This document shows, one piece after another, positions 47,011-60,100 of a DNA stretch of 64,000 bases. Position 1 is the stretch's first letter. The number at the start of each line of letters is the position of its first letter. This DNA comes from the human T2T-CHM13v2.0 reference genome, Homo sapiens. The position numbers and the translations under genes are program-made. The notes beneath the pieces are model-generated. The model saw only the letters and a list, made by a program, of their open reading frames with translations. It was not told the DNA's origin and did no database searches. The stretch lies in NCBI RefSeq assembly GCF_009914755.1, contig NC_060926.1. One strand, written 5' to 3'.

Positions 47011-49089
47011 ATTAAGCATGATTTTTAAATGTGAAAAATATCAAATATTTTAACATGAAGTTACTAGGTGCTGGCATACGGTAGGTCTTCATTAACTGCT
47101 TTCACTTGTTTATGTGTTTATAAGAAAGGCCCTTGAGGCAAACAGTAAATCATCAAAAGAGCTCAGCCCTCACTTCTGTCTCACTCCTGTTTGCCACCCA
47201 GTTGTGAAACAGGGATAGTAATACTAGCCAACCTATTGGGTTGTTGCAAAGAATGAGAAAATGGTTCTGTACATATAGAGTTTGCCTAGTTTCTTGTTAA
47301 AATGAATAACAATTGTAAAATTAACAAACGACAAGCTTTCTGATTATATACGGCTGCTGTCCAGGCCCTTCCTGTAACTCAGGCCAAATTTCCATTAGAC
47401 TAAATGGGAAACATCTTCAGAAAAGACTGAAATTTTGGCATAAGAATCATTTTTTAACATGTTCCTTCCTGAGTAAATTACTTTGCAAAAGAATTAATAA
47501 TTGGCTCCATGTCTAGAATCCTGAAAGGGCTGTATATAGCTTGCAGTGAAATCTATGATGCTAATGCTTATTTAGGCACTTAATAAAACATATATGCTTA
47601 TTATCCAGTAGCTTATTAGCGCTCCTTCAGAGCCACCACTGCTGCTTTTGAATCTGCAGAAGACTGCCCCATAAAAATGTGTTGTTTCCGTATAAAACAG
47701 ACTGAGTTTCGAATTGTTATGGAGCATCATTTAAATTTCAACCGAGGCTATTTTAAAAATGGATATCTGGCTCAAAAGATAGTAGAAGTTTCTCTGTTCT
47801 ATTGTGTAAAGATAGATATTGGCACCTCCCTGACACTGCAAATGTGAGCCAAACTTCACAGTAAATGGCGTTACAGGGACGGTAGTCTAGAAAATGAGTC
47901 CACATCATGGCTACAATAATTATAACTGACATGACCTCATTAGAAAATATGAATTATATTCTGTTCCAATATCACATTCTCATCATGCTTCCAACAATTA
48001 TACACCTCTTTAAGGTATTTTTTTAAAGCCCTATCCTCTCTTAAACCAAAGGCACGTCATAGGCACAGGTAGCTCATTTTCTGCCTGTGCAACATTTCTT
48101 CACAATGCTTGGGAGTGGGGGTATTGAGAATGTGATGTGTTTTCTGTTTCAGTCATAAAAATAAGTACATGCAACAGCAACACAACCCCTTAGGTGTTTA
48201 TTAGTGCTACTCAAGGAAAAAATAATGGGGAAAAGAGAAACAGACTCCATCTTCATCTTCTTAGGGGACTGAGGTGGGTGTGTGTGGGTAGATTCAAATG
48301 GAAAATGAACATGCACACTGGGGAGATTCCAGAACTACCTATTGGGACATAGAATAAAAATAAATAAACTAAGGCTGCAAGAATAATCTTTGACAAGGTA
48401 AGCAAACAAAGAAGGAAGAAAGGAGTGGTGGATGGGGAGAAGGAGAGAAATATCTTTTTTCCCTTTCCTGGTGAAAAGATGTAACATAGCAAGGGATTTT
48501 CTTTAAATGGGCTGTCCTTTAACTTCTCTAAGCCAGAGACACTGCCATCAGCCAACTACATTTACTGACCATCTATTTTACATCCTCTTTTAAGCTGTGT
48601 AAAGTCATTCGCCTCAGGTAAGACCAAATTCTTAAACTTTGCCAGGCTCTAGGATTTAGATGTTGAAAAATATTAACATCTAGTCATCAAGGATAAGAAG
48701 ATGATAAATAAATTTCAATGCTAAACTCAGAGTAGAAAGCATGTTTCAAAACTGTTTATCCAGTGCTTTTGCAGGTAGTTGAGGAATCATGCGTATGTGT
48801 TACATACTAGAGTTTCTTCAGTTGTCCTTCTTCATCTTGTATGTTAAAGGTTGAGGGACTGTAATCTCATGTTTTACAAATATGCCTTTTAAAATGTATT
48901 GTGTTGCCTAGCCAATTCCTTCATTCATGTACTGAGCCCTTGTTATGTAACAGCCGTGGTGTTAAGGGCTAGTAAGACACAAAACTGAGTAAGGCAGAGG
49001 CCTTATTTTTAAGGCTCACACTTTAATGGGGAAAAAAACTCCTTAATAGATCATTTCAACTTTGTAATAATTGCTATCACAGTAAAGAA

Positions 49090-49405
49090 TGTCTTTTTTC
49101 ACCATCGATACTTCAAAGTCCAGTTTAAAAGCAGCTATCTCTTAGAAGTTTTCAAAAGCTTCCCTGACCCAGTAGAATTACCCATCCCCACACCTCGTTT
49201 CTTTCCATAATACTTTGTTTCTAGGAGAACATAGATTTAGTATTATACATTATGGCTAACTGCATACATACATAAATTCTGGGCAAATTGTGAGCAATCT
49301 GCAATAGACAGGGGCCAGGCTGCACTCATTCTGTGTCCTAGGTACCTAGCAGAGTAGGTAGCATGTCACAGACACTCAAAAGATGTGACTGAAATTGAAC
49401 TGAAT
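49090..49405 (+). mobile_element. L2 3' remnant
   Basis: GGTACCTAGCAGAGTAGGTAGCATGTCACAGACACTCAAAAGATGTGACTGAAATTGAACTGAA. Confidence 0.5.
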
Positions 49406-49669
49406 TCCAGTGAGTCATTTAATTCCCAGTGTGCTGGGTCTTTCATTTGATTATGTCTTGCCTCCAAAAACAATGGGCCAATGAGCCTGGAAGACAAAAA
49501 AAAAAATTAGTCCTTGAGGGAAAGAAAACAAAGCAAAACTGTAGTCCACAGTTTTTCATCAAATTGAAATTGAGGTAGTAGCTCCATTATTGTTTTCCTT
49601 TTGGTTAATAATGAACAGGCCTTCATAGCAGTGAGGATCTAAGTGGTCACTGAGAAGTAAAGGAGCTAG

Positions 49670-50000
<331 letters not shown>

Positions 50001-50627
50001 TAATTATGGCTTTAATGAAAAGTAAAATCTTTCCTTATGGCACTTTAGCTTACTACCTTTGGGTTCATTTTCAATCTTCTTAAAAATCATTTCTAGGAAA
50101 GAGTTACTATTTCCAAGTTAAAAACCTTTTTTGAGGTGCAAGTATTAAATAATTGTTTTAAAAAACAAATCATGTTGAAAATGTACATTTATTAATGCTT
50201 ATTTTAATATACCTTAAAATAACGTCTTACAATGAACAATAGATAGAAAAAAACTATTATAATAAAAAGCAGCCAGTGGACAAAAAGTCTTTTTTTCCAT
50301 TGTCATTCTATTCTGACATCTTTATAACTTCTGGCTTCTCCGAGTTACCAAACCTTTACATTTCATGGACATGTAAAAGTTGGAGGCTCAACAAAGATTT
50401 TGCCAAACTTTTATTTTACCAAATAATGGCTTCAAAAATAAAACTTGATAACTATTTATTATGACATTATTTCATAAAATAAATAACTTTATAACATATA
50501 AAATATAGAAGGTCTTATGAAGATAGACATTTAAAGTGAATAAAAACCCATTTCATGTCCTTACTATTCTCATTTTGCTGTGGATCAGTGAAAATTTTGA
50601 CATGGACTTGCAATGTACAGAGTTCGA

Positions 50628-50924
<297 letters not shown>

Positions 50925-51359
50925 TGAAGTTCTATATTTTTGTTTCCTCTTTCATTCATTCCTGCATCATTCCATCACCCAACAAAGTCAAGAGAGTTTC
51001 TCCTATGTGCCAGATATTGTGGTAAGAACATTCATGTGTTTTCTCACAGCACTATTGAAACAGTCTGCTCCTAACAGGGGCTCAGTGAGCAATAGCTCAA
51101 CTGCTTTGAATCAAACTGGATAAATATCACCAGTAAAAGCTGAACCTTTAATAAAGTTTTCACAAAGAAGAATTAAGCACATAGCACTATCAGTTTGTTC
51201 AGTTTAAAAAAAATGACTGAAGACTTTTTAAAGGTATAAGTTATAGAAATGCAACTCTGCATATATGATAGCAATGTAGCATTCTAGAAGAATTAAATAG
51301 AACACATCTTACTAAGGAAATTTAATTTTTAAGATCAGTTAATGTTAGAGGCAATGCAT

Positions 51360-51850
51360 TTACCCTGCACACTGAAAAAAATTTAAGCAGTATGAAACAG
51401 CATATGGTGAAAAGTCTTTCTCCTTCTTCTGAACCCCAGTTGCTTAAATCCCCCTCCCCAAAGATAACTACGGCAACTATGGTTACCAGATTTTTATGTC
51501 TTTCCATAGATAGTCTATGATTATGCAAACACATATATCCCCATTTTTTCTTTTTTACAAAAATGATAGTATAACATATATACTGTTCTCTCTCCTTTTT
51601 AAAGTTAATTTATCTTAAGGCTGTGCCACATGAGCACCCACAGATCTGCTCATTCTTTTGAACATTTGTGTAGTATTTAATAGTGTACCTATACATACTT
51701 CATTTAACCTTTGCCTTTTAAGGTTTTATACCATCTTGTGCTATTTCAAATAATAATACCATCAGTATCCTCATATCCAGTTATGTGTACACCTGTAGGA
51801 TATCTTCCTGGAAGTTGAGTTGCCAGGCCCAAGGGTTTGTACATTTCTAG
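51360..51850 (-). mobile_element. Old L1ME 3' remnant
   Basis: CTCATTCTTTTGAAC..GTAGTATT..TGTAGGATATCTTCCTGGAAGTTGAGTTGC. Confidence 0.55.
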
Positions 51851-52627
51851 TGCTCCCTCGCCCTGCCTTTCCACAACAATTTGGAGATTTTAAAAAGTCC
51901 ATCCTGCTCATCACCATGCCATTTGGCTCTTCTCTAAACAGGCTGAGCCTCATTTCTTTATCCCGTGGCTCTGAACCCCGCTGCACATCACAATCAACTT
52001 CGAGTTTTTAAAAATACCAGTGCCTGCCACCTTCTAAGAGATTCTGCTGTTATTGGTGACTCTGATGTATAGCTGATGAAGTCTGGATCCCAGTCTCACT
52101 GCTCCTTCTCTGGTAATCCTTTAGTTTGTCCTAGACAGAAAGTAATTCTAAGCAGTAGAGAAAAGACAATAAAATGCTCTTGACATCTGATTGCAAAAGT
52201 GTTGAATTGTTTGTAAGAAGGTCAATTATTTATATACTAAAGGAGTCCGCAGGGGCAGAATAGGGTTTCCACTAGCCTTCTCCTTGCTCTCAGCTCCTTC
52301 TTTCACTTCTTAACTAGTTCACTTTAAATAGTTCCAGAGATGTCACTGGGTCCTCTGCTCCTTTATTAAATATGGGATGAAAAATCAGTATTAGTAGAAG
52401 TCAGAGCAAAATCAAGAATGAGATACAAGAGTCCATTATGATCTTAACTCCTCACTACATACTTCTTACAGATCTTTAGTTTTTCTCCTTTTCGCATATT
52501 TTTTTTCCTTTCATTCTCTCTTGTCCTTATCCTCCTTTTTTTCTTTTTCATGTTTCTTTTCTAAAAAGTTTGTCGCTTCTTCAACTTACTTAGGAACTCA
52601 TTGTTATAAGGATCAGATTATGACTGA

Positions 52628-52791
52628 CAGTACACAGTCCGAATAATTCCTTAATTTTTGTGTCTAATAGGTGAAGTCATTATGTAAGTTTTCCTGTGTT
52701 CAGTGTTGCAGTATACAGTCTGAATAATTCCTTAATTTTTGTGTCTAATAGGTGAAGTCACTATGTAAGTTTTCCTGTGTTCAGTGTTGCA
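52628..52791. repeat. 81-bp tandem duplication (2 copies, 3 C/T differences)
   Basis: Units 52628-52708 and 52709-52789. Confidence 0.95.
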
Positions 52792-55519
52792 AAAACACCC
52801 ATCATTAGTCTTTGATAACCATTCATGGTTAGAAGCTCATCCATTCCAGAGAAAAGCTGATGAAATATGTAAACTTTTGCTTCAGCTGTTCATTTACAGA
52901 TGCTGGAAGCTCCACTTGGGGCATTTTTATATGCTGCTTTATAACAACTAAGCTAGCTGTGGTAGAAAATTAGTTCCAGCATGTTTTACGGGCAGCTACA
53001 ATTTTGGTTCAAAGACTAGAGAGCATAATCTCGGCAATTCCAAAAGGGAAATACTGCAGGCAAATTCCAACACATTTCCCTCTCATGGCTGTTTGAGGAA
53101 CCACTGACACCTCACACTGCTGTACTTCTTATTTAATAAGTGAATAGTATAATAATTGTGGATAAACTGGGAAGGAGTGAGCGTGGAAGCTGTTCTCTAT
53201 TGGGGGTGGAATGTTGTGCCCTTAGTATGATAAGCTGATCCCATTCCATTAAATCACAAAGCTGTCTCCCCTCTATGCATCCCATACGAACGGCTGAAGA
53301 AAAATCGTGGAATTGCTAACACTTGCTGCAGCTGTCAGGAAATGATACTAATTAGTTTAATTTGCAATAACACAAGCACTTAACTCTCCAAATAATCTAA
53401 GTTAGTAAGTCAGTTTTTATATTATGACAATGACATGTTTAAGAGACTCTGGAGCACTGCTTTTTTGACCTTTGACACACATTTCTGATAAAGCAGCACA
53501 TCAAAGATGTTTTGTTTTCCTCCTCCATTATTCTTTCATCTGTTTCAATGGGAATTATTTGACAAATGAGATGGTTTGGTAGCTTTGCATAACGGAAAAG
53601 AAGCTAAGATCGGTGTCTTAAAAAGCACACATTAGCCAAAGAAGTATATTTTTAAAAAGAATGATCACGGTACCAAACGAATGACACCTCTCAGATCACT
53701 AAATCCCCTAGAATTCACGCATTCACATTTAATTCCATCCATTGTTCCCCACCCCCCGCCACTTTGCCCCTTTTTGGTGTATGTCAGCTTAGGAAAAGGG
53801 AGCTCAAATGGTGAGTTTCACTTTCCCCTCTTACTCCATTTCCTTTCTCTGTTCTCAGGCACAGCCAGCTGCTACTGTTTCTGCTCCTTCTCCCGACAGG
53901 CGAATGTTTAATGTCTCTTTCTCCTGTCCCCTTTCTATACATTTGGTATCAACATCTCTTTCACGAAGCCAAAGAGGAAAAAGCTCCCAAAAACATTCGC
54001 ATACATATTAAATGAGCTTCATCTAGGGTCTCCTGGGGTGCCTCTGACTGGGAGCCTGCGGCTGGGCAGGCTTGATCTGAGCCTTCATTCGTGTTATGTA
54101 TTTTTTTCATTCCACAGGAGGCCAGGGGTTTGCGGCTGCCACAAAGCACATGAACAATTTCAGACCCTAATGGCATCCTTGTCTGATTAACCACTTAGAT
54201 CTGGGGAGGTGGTCTGGGAGCAGGGATTCCTGCTATCAAGTCCCTGGGCTTTGAAAGACTTTACACAACGGCTGGTTATTTCCATCAGTGCCTCAATTTC
54301 TTAGCCATCTTTTTTTTTCTTTCATTAAATATAAAGCATAACATAGGTCTGTGGTGCTTGTTAAGACTTCGGAAAGAGAAGTATTATGCATTTTGATTGT
54401 TGTTCAAATGGGTGAAAATTTGCCTGGCCTGTTGGAGAAATTTTCCTCATAGAGACCCATATTCGGACTCAGTAATTTTGAAAAGGAAGGGTTGAATTTG
54501 AGTTTCCCCTTCCCCTCCTAACTGTGGTTCAGAGGTAAAAGCAAAATATTATTTTCTTTTGGAAGATTTGGTCATAGTCAATGAGAGTTAAATTTAAGAT
54601 CAAACATCAAGTGGTTACAGGACAGTGCTCTGCCATATCTTGTTTTTAAAGTTAATTCCTGGGGAAACTAGAACAAGTTTTAGTTTAAAAAATTTGCAAC
54701 ATCCAGGTCTTTTATTCAAATGATGTATAAAGTTGATGTCAGATCTTAAAAAAAAAAATCACTCCAAAAATGGATCATATACTCTTGAAATGGGGAGATG
54801 GTGCACGATGTTGAGAGAAGGGCATTAAAATAGATGCTAAATAATTTTAGTATTTGCCCAATTTGGAAATTCTGCCTCACTGGAACATGTATCACTGAAG
54901 CCACTATAGTTAATATTCTGTCAATGTTTCCACCATAAATAAGCCTCAGTGTTGAAAGCTTTATAATTTGGTTATAAAAATTTGCTTTCTACCAGAATTT
55001 GACAGGATACGCAGGATCCAATTGTCCCAGAGAGAGATTGTTTTAAAAACATTTGGGAGGAATAAGTAAAGAAAGATTAACATATTGTGAAATGAGAATC
55101 AGAACTTTTATACCATATTTTTTTAGTGGTCTAAACAGTGACATATTTAGATAAATCTTGGCCCTAAATTGAAATTTTAGAAAGAATTCACTTATCCACT
55201 GGTAACTGCCAAATAAACATGCCTCTAGTGCTCCCTTGCCCTCCACACCCCCAACATTCAGGGGCAAGTTAGGTGATATTTAGCAGTGTAGACATTGTGG
55301 AGAAAAAGATGCTAAGGTCTTCTCTTTTTTCCTTCTTGCTCTAACCTGATTTCACTTTCCATTTTATCGTTTTTTCAAATTTTTTAGGTAATTAATACCA
55401 ACGACTTGGGGTACTCATCATCACTCACCCTAAAGGTAACTCCCATAAATTTAACAGATGTAGCTAAAACAGTGTTACCATGGGAAAGTTTCTTTTTTTA
55501 ACAAAAAAAGAATGATTGG

Positions 55520-55635
55520 ACAATAGGAGCCCAAGAATCTAATCTGGGTCCTGCTGCTAACTGGTTGTGTGAACTTAGGCATGTCATTTAATCTCTGTGG
55601 GGACTTGACGTATTCTCAACTGTAAAATGTGTGTG
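55520..55635 (+). mobile_element. MIR core fragment
   Basis: CTAACTGGTTGTGTGAACTTAGGCATGTCATTTAATCTCTG..CAACTGTAAAATG. Confidence 0.6.
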
Positions 55636-56885
55636 TTGACATTCCACTCCTTACGAGCACAGTCTTGTCATCTTAGGTGGAAGGGGCATGATTTATGAAG
55701 GCTCAGAGTTCTCTCATAACGTTTTGCAAATGCCTCCTGTGGAATTAACAGAACTTGTGGCTTCCACAATGGTTGGGGAGTGCTTGTCTCTCTTAGGACT
55801 TCCAAGCTTTATGGGGAATGCTTTGAGTTTAGCTATAAATATGGCTGTAATAATTGGACAATGATAATGTTGTGTAAACTATTTTATAAAGCACTTTTCT
55901 TTTGAATATACAACCTTTTTTCATCTCACAAAACACTTAGGACATAGATATAGAAAAGAAAACTGAGATCAGTCAGATTCAATAAGGTGGCCGAAATGGA
56001 AAGTGATGGAACATTCTAAAACTGACTTTGGTCCTCTTTCTGCACACTGCTCCCTAACTTCATAATGCTTCCAAAAAATTAATAGAACTTAATTTAGGAT
56101 CTACGGGCATGAGAGGACACATCTCTATGTTGGTGCATGCTCGCCTGTGAACAAGTGCTTTTGTTTTTCTCCCATAGTTCTGATATGGTCAAAAGAGTCA
56201 GCAACATATCCTTGCACTCCACCTTTGCACCTCAGCCCACCAATGTTCAGATGTTGGGATTCATGTTCAGCTACAGGCCTACTTAATTCCAGCTGCCAGA
56301 GGGCTCTCTCTCTGGCTTGTACAACCTCTTCAAAGCAGCCAAGATACACAGATGCTCTTAGATTCTTATAGCTGAGTGAGCTCTCCTGACATTATTTCAG
56401 CCCTGACTCTCAGTTTCCAGAAGAAACAAAAAGTCCTCAAAGACCTGAGAGTTCACCCACCTGGCTGGTGGAAGTACTGGGACCAGAACCTGGTCTCCAG
56501 GGTCAAACACAACAGCCTTCCCATCTCCACTTCATGAGCCAAGAAGACCTTTGTAGAGAGAAACCACTGAGGCCTATTTAAATGAGCAGATTACACTACT
56601 AATTGAAGGCCTAGATAGGGCACTGGACATGGCAGGCGTGGCTGTGGTTTGTAAACCTGTCTCTCCTCTCCAGTTCTTCAAACATTATATGCATTCATCC
56701 CCCATAAGCACCTCTCTGTTTTCCACTTCCCTGCTTCCTACACTTAAATATACATATATGTGACACAGTGACTACTTACCAACATCTGCAAATCTTACTT
56801 GAGTCCTTAAACTTATAATTCTTAATGCTCTGCTCTCTGAAACATGAAAGAAATTCAACCATTAATTCAAAACAGCTAATTAAGG

Positions 56886-57192
56886 GGCCAGGTGCAGTGG
56901 CTCACACCTGCAATCCCAGCACTTTGGGAGGCCGAAGAGGGCAGATTACTTGAGGTCAGGAGTTTGAGAACAGTCTGGCCAACATTGTGAAACCCATCTC
57001 TGCTAAAAATACAAAAATTAGCCGGATGTGGTGGGGGGTACCTGTAATCCCAGCTGCTCACTAGGCTGAGGCAGGAGAATCGCTTGAACCTGGAAGGCGG
57101 AGGTTGCAGTGAGCCAAGATCACACTACTGCACTCCAGCCAGGGTGACAGAGCGAGACTCCATCTCAAAAAAAAAAAAAAAAAAAAAAAAAA
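56886..57192 (+). mobile_element. AluS (Sx/Sz-like)
   Basis: Full dimer with a long A tail. Confidence 0.93.
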
Positions 57193-60100
57193 CCCATCAA
57201 CAAGAAAGCTCTCCTTTTTCAGCTATAAAAAAGGTACCTTAACAGAAAAAGATGGGTTACATGACATGTTTGGATTACAGTAGAACAGAGAAGGAACAGA
57301 ACCAGGAGATACAGCAGGGTGAACGAAGATCAAAGAGCCAGCAATTGCTTTGTACAGTAAATGAAACAGCAATACTATCTAGAATGCAAGATGGTCTTCA
57401 ATATTTCTGGTCAAATATTCAAGGTCTCAACTTTAAAAAAAAACAAAAAGAACAATGCATTCCCTTACCAGAAATATTCAGCAGTTTTGCATCATAAATC
57501 AGTTGTTTGAAACCAAAAAGACCTAGCTATTATCCTCTCGTGTTACAACAGTGACCACAATAGTGTAGGGAAACTGACATTTTGGTCTTCTCCTGGGGGA
57601 AAGGCCAGACCTGCTGGGAATGGTACCCACAGTGGATGACATTCTGGTTTTGCTTCTTAAATCCATTATTATTCAGAACCTGCTGCAATCCAGATAACAT
57701 ACCTTGTTTCTGAGAGGTATCACTTGCCTTTGTGATTTTTGTCTGTACTTCAGTAAACAAAATTCAAAGATTCTGAGGAATTAAAGAAGGTCTTGGAGTC
57801 AGCCAAGTAAATTGAAGAAAACAAGTGATGTGTTGATTGCATAGACTCAATCAAAATGCAGGTCTAGTAGACAGCACACTTATACAAAATATCCACCGGA
57901 CAGAGGAATCTCAATGCCATCTTAACATCCTTGAGTCCCTGAGTTGCATTTCATTTACCAGTCTCTCTCAGGGAAGACAATATGCTACATAATGTGAATA
58001 TTTGAAGGGACAGAGCCACCATAGTGGAGACCCTGGCAAGTGGTTCCACACAGCTTATACCCTTCAGGTCAGGAAAGCACAATAGAACAATACAGGATGG
58101 CTTCTGTTGCCTTGTGGGGCTGTGGCAAAAGTGTGCTGTGTCCTCTACCAGAAGAAAACTCAATTTGGGTTTCACATAGTCATTGTCGACATGTATCCTA
58201 GGGGCTCTTTAATTGTTGTTCAGTAACTTAACAGGTCCACTTTTGAAGCAGAAGCCACTTTGCATATTGAGGTACACAGGTGATCTCTCTCCCTTGTTTG
58301 CAGAGATCAGCTTTAAGATTACGTGTGTTTGTTCAAAATGCACCCCCTACAAGACATGAGGGCTGCTTACTATAACCGGTAATTTAGAAACAATAAGAAT
58401 CCTTTTCAGTAGAATTATAATGTGGTTGTCTGATACCCAGAATGCCCCCTTGCCAAAGCTTCACTTATAATCAACATGAGAAATGCAGCATGAGTTGGCA
58501 GTGGCCCTGAAGAAAGGACTGGGTGGAAGGGGAGTTTGTGCCACATCAGGCCCTGCCTGGTGAAACTTTACTTTTCCCCCTTGGACACAACAATACAGAA
58601 TTATCCCCATCTATGCTTCCACCCTCCCTAACTTGGACTGCTGTCACCTTTTCTGGCACAAGAAATCAGTAACAGATGTCCCAGGCCTTGAATAAGAAAA
58701 CAGAGATCGTAGGGTACTTTGTAATATGCTCAAACCTTATCCTGGAGCTTACATACAATTAAATTAAACTATGTCAGGATTTATGCTTCAATAGAGTCTA
58801 ACGCTTTGGAACATTCCCCCTCTTGGTAAAATTTTAAACTGTCCCTTGAAATAATTTACAATAGCTAGACTTACTCTACATCTCATATTACTGATTAAAA
58901 CACAGTGCCTGATTATTCCAATGGAGTATATATTAATATGAGGCATACGCACTCAGATTTTTATGTGTAGAGGTCTGAAGGTTGTTGGTTTTTTAAAAAG
59001 TATCTTTCATTGGAAACATGAAGGACAACCTTACTTGGATTATAGGAGATCAAACACCAGGAGATAATAACAACTGTGAACAAGTGTTAGGTTACTTGTG
59101 TACAACAACACAGTTTATCTCCACCTGGATTGCTATATGCAGTTTTGGTTACGACAGCTCAAGAAATACAAAACAAATTGAAAATTTATCCATAGAGGGA
59201 TGTGGAAAAATAATCCTGGGTTTTAAGGGGTTTCTTTGCCAAGATTAGACTGCAAAAGCAGCACATTTCTAACTGGGAAGATAAACACTAATCAAAGTTA
59301 AAGAAATCATGAAAAGTGTCAATACTCATTTACCTAAGCCTAGATCTGCAGATCTAGGAAACCGTAGTTTTAGATCAGGTAAAAAGAAGTTCACGTTTCA
59401 TAGTGAACTTAAAAACTTTGTTACCTCAAATACTTGAGAAGCCTGTTTATTTAGATGGGATCATGGATGTCAAGTTCAAATTGTGAAGGGAAGATGGAAC
59501 CACCTGGAGAATGTATTTAGTGATCTTGATGTGATATTGTGAAAATAACCCCTGACACCCCTATCTATCAAAAATGCATCAAGGGTCTGACCCAAGATGG
59601 TATTCCCGTTTTTCCTATGACTTTGATGAGGAGAAAGGATGAGTTATATGATTTCACTGAGCTCCCACGCTACCACAATCTGGAAACCATAGTAAGGAGG
59701 CTTTGGGGCTAACTTTTTCTACCAGAAACAGAAGTAGTCACAATACATCATTTATTACAATATTATTCAGATGGATATTATTTCTTTTACAAAAAGAAAT
59801 GATGCACAGGTCTAAAGAAATCTCACTAGCAATAAAAACTTCAATATAAATGCAATAATTGGGGGTAAATGCATTTTATCTAATGCCTACATTAAAGTAA
59901 AATAAAAGCATCAGTGCCATTTTCTTTGTCACAGTCACTGGAAGCCTATAGATCATTAGTGCAAATTAAAAACCACAAAGGTTAAAAGTGCATTTTAAGG
60001 CACATGCAAGAATTGCATGAGCCTTGCCCTTTGGATTCTCTTTATGGTGTTTTGTCAAATTGAACATCGGGACTGTCCTACGTAGACCAAGAGACAGTAA

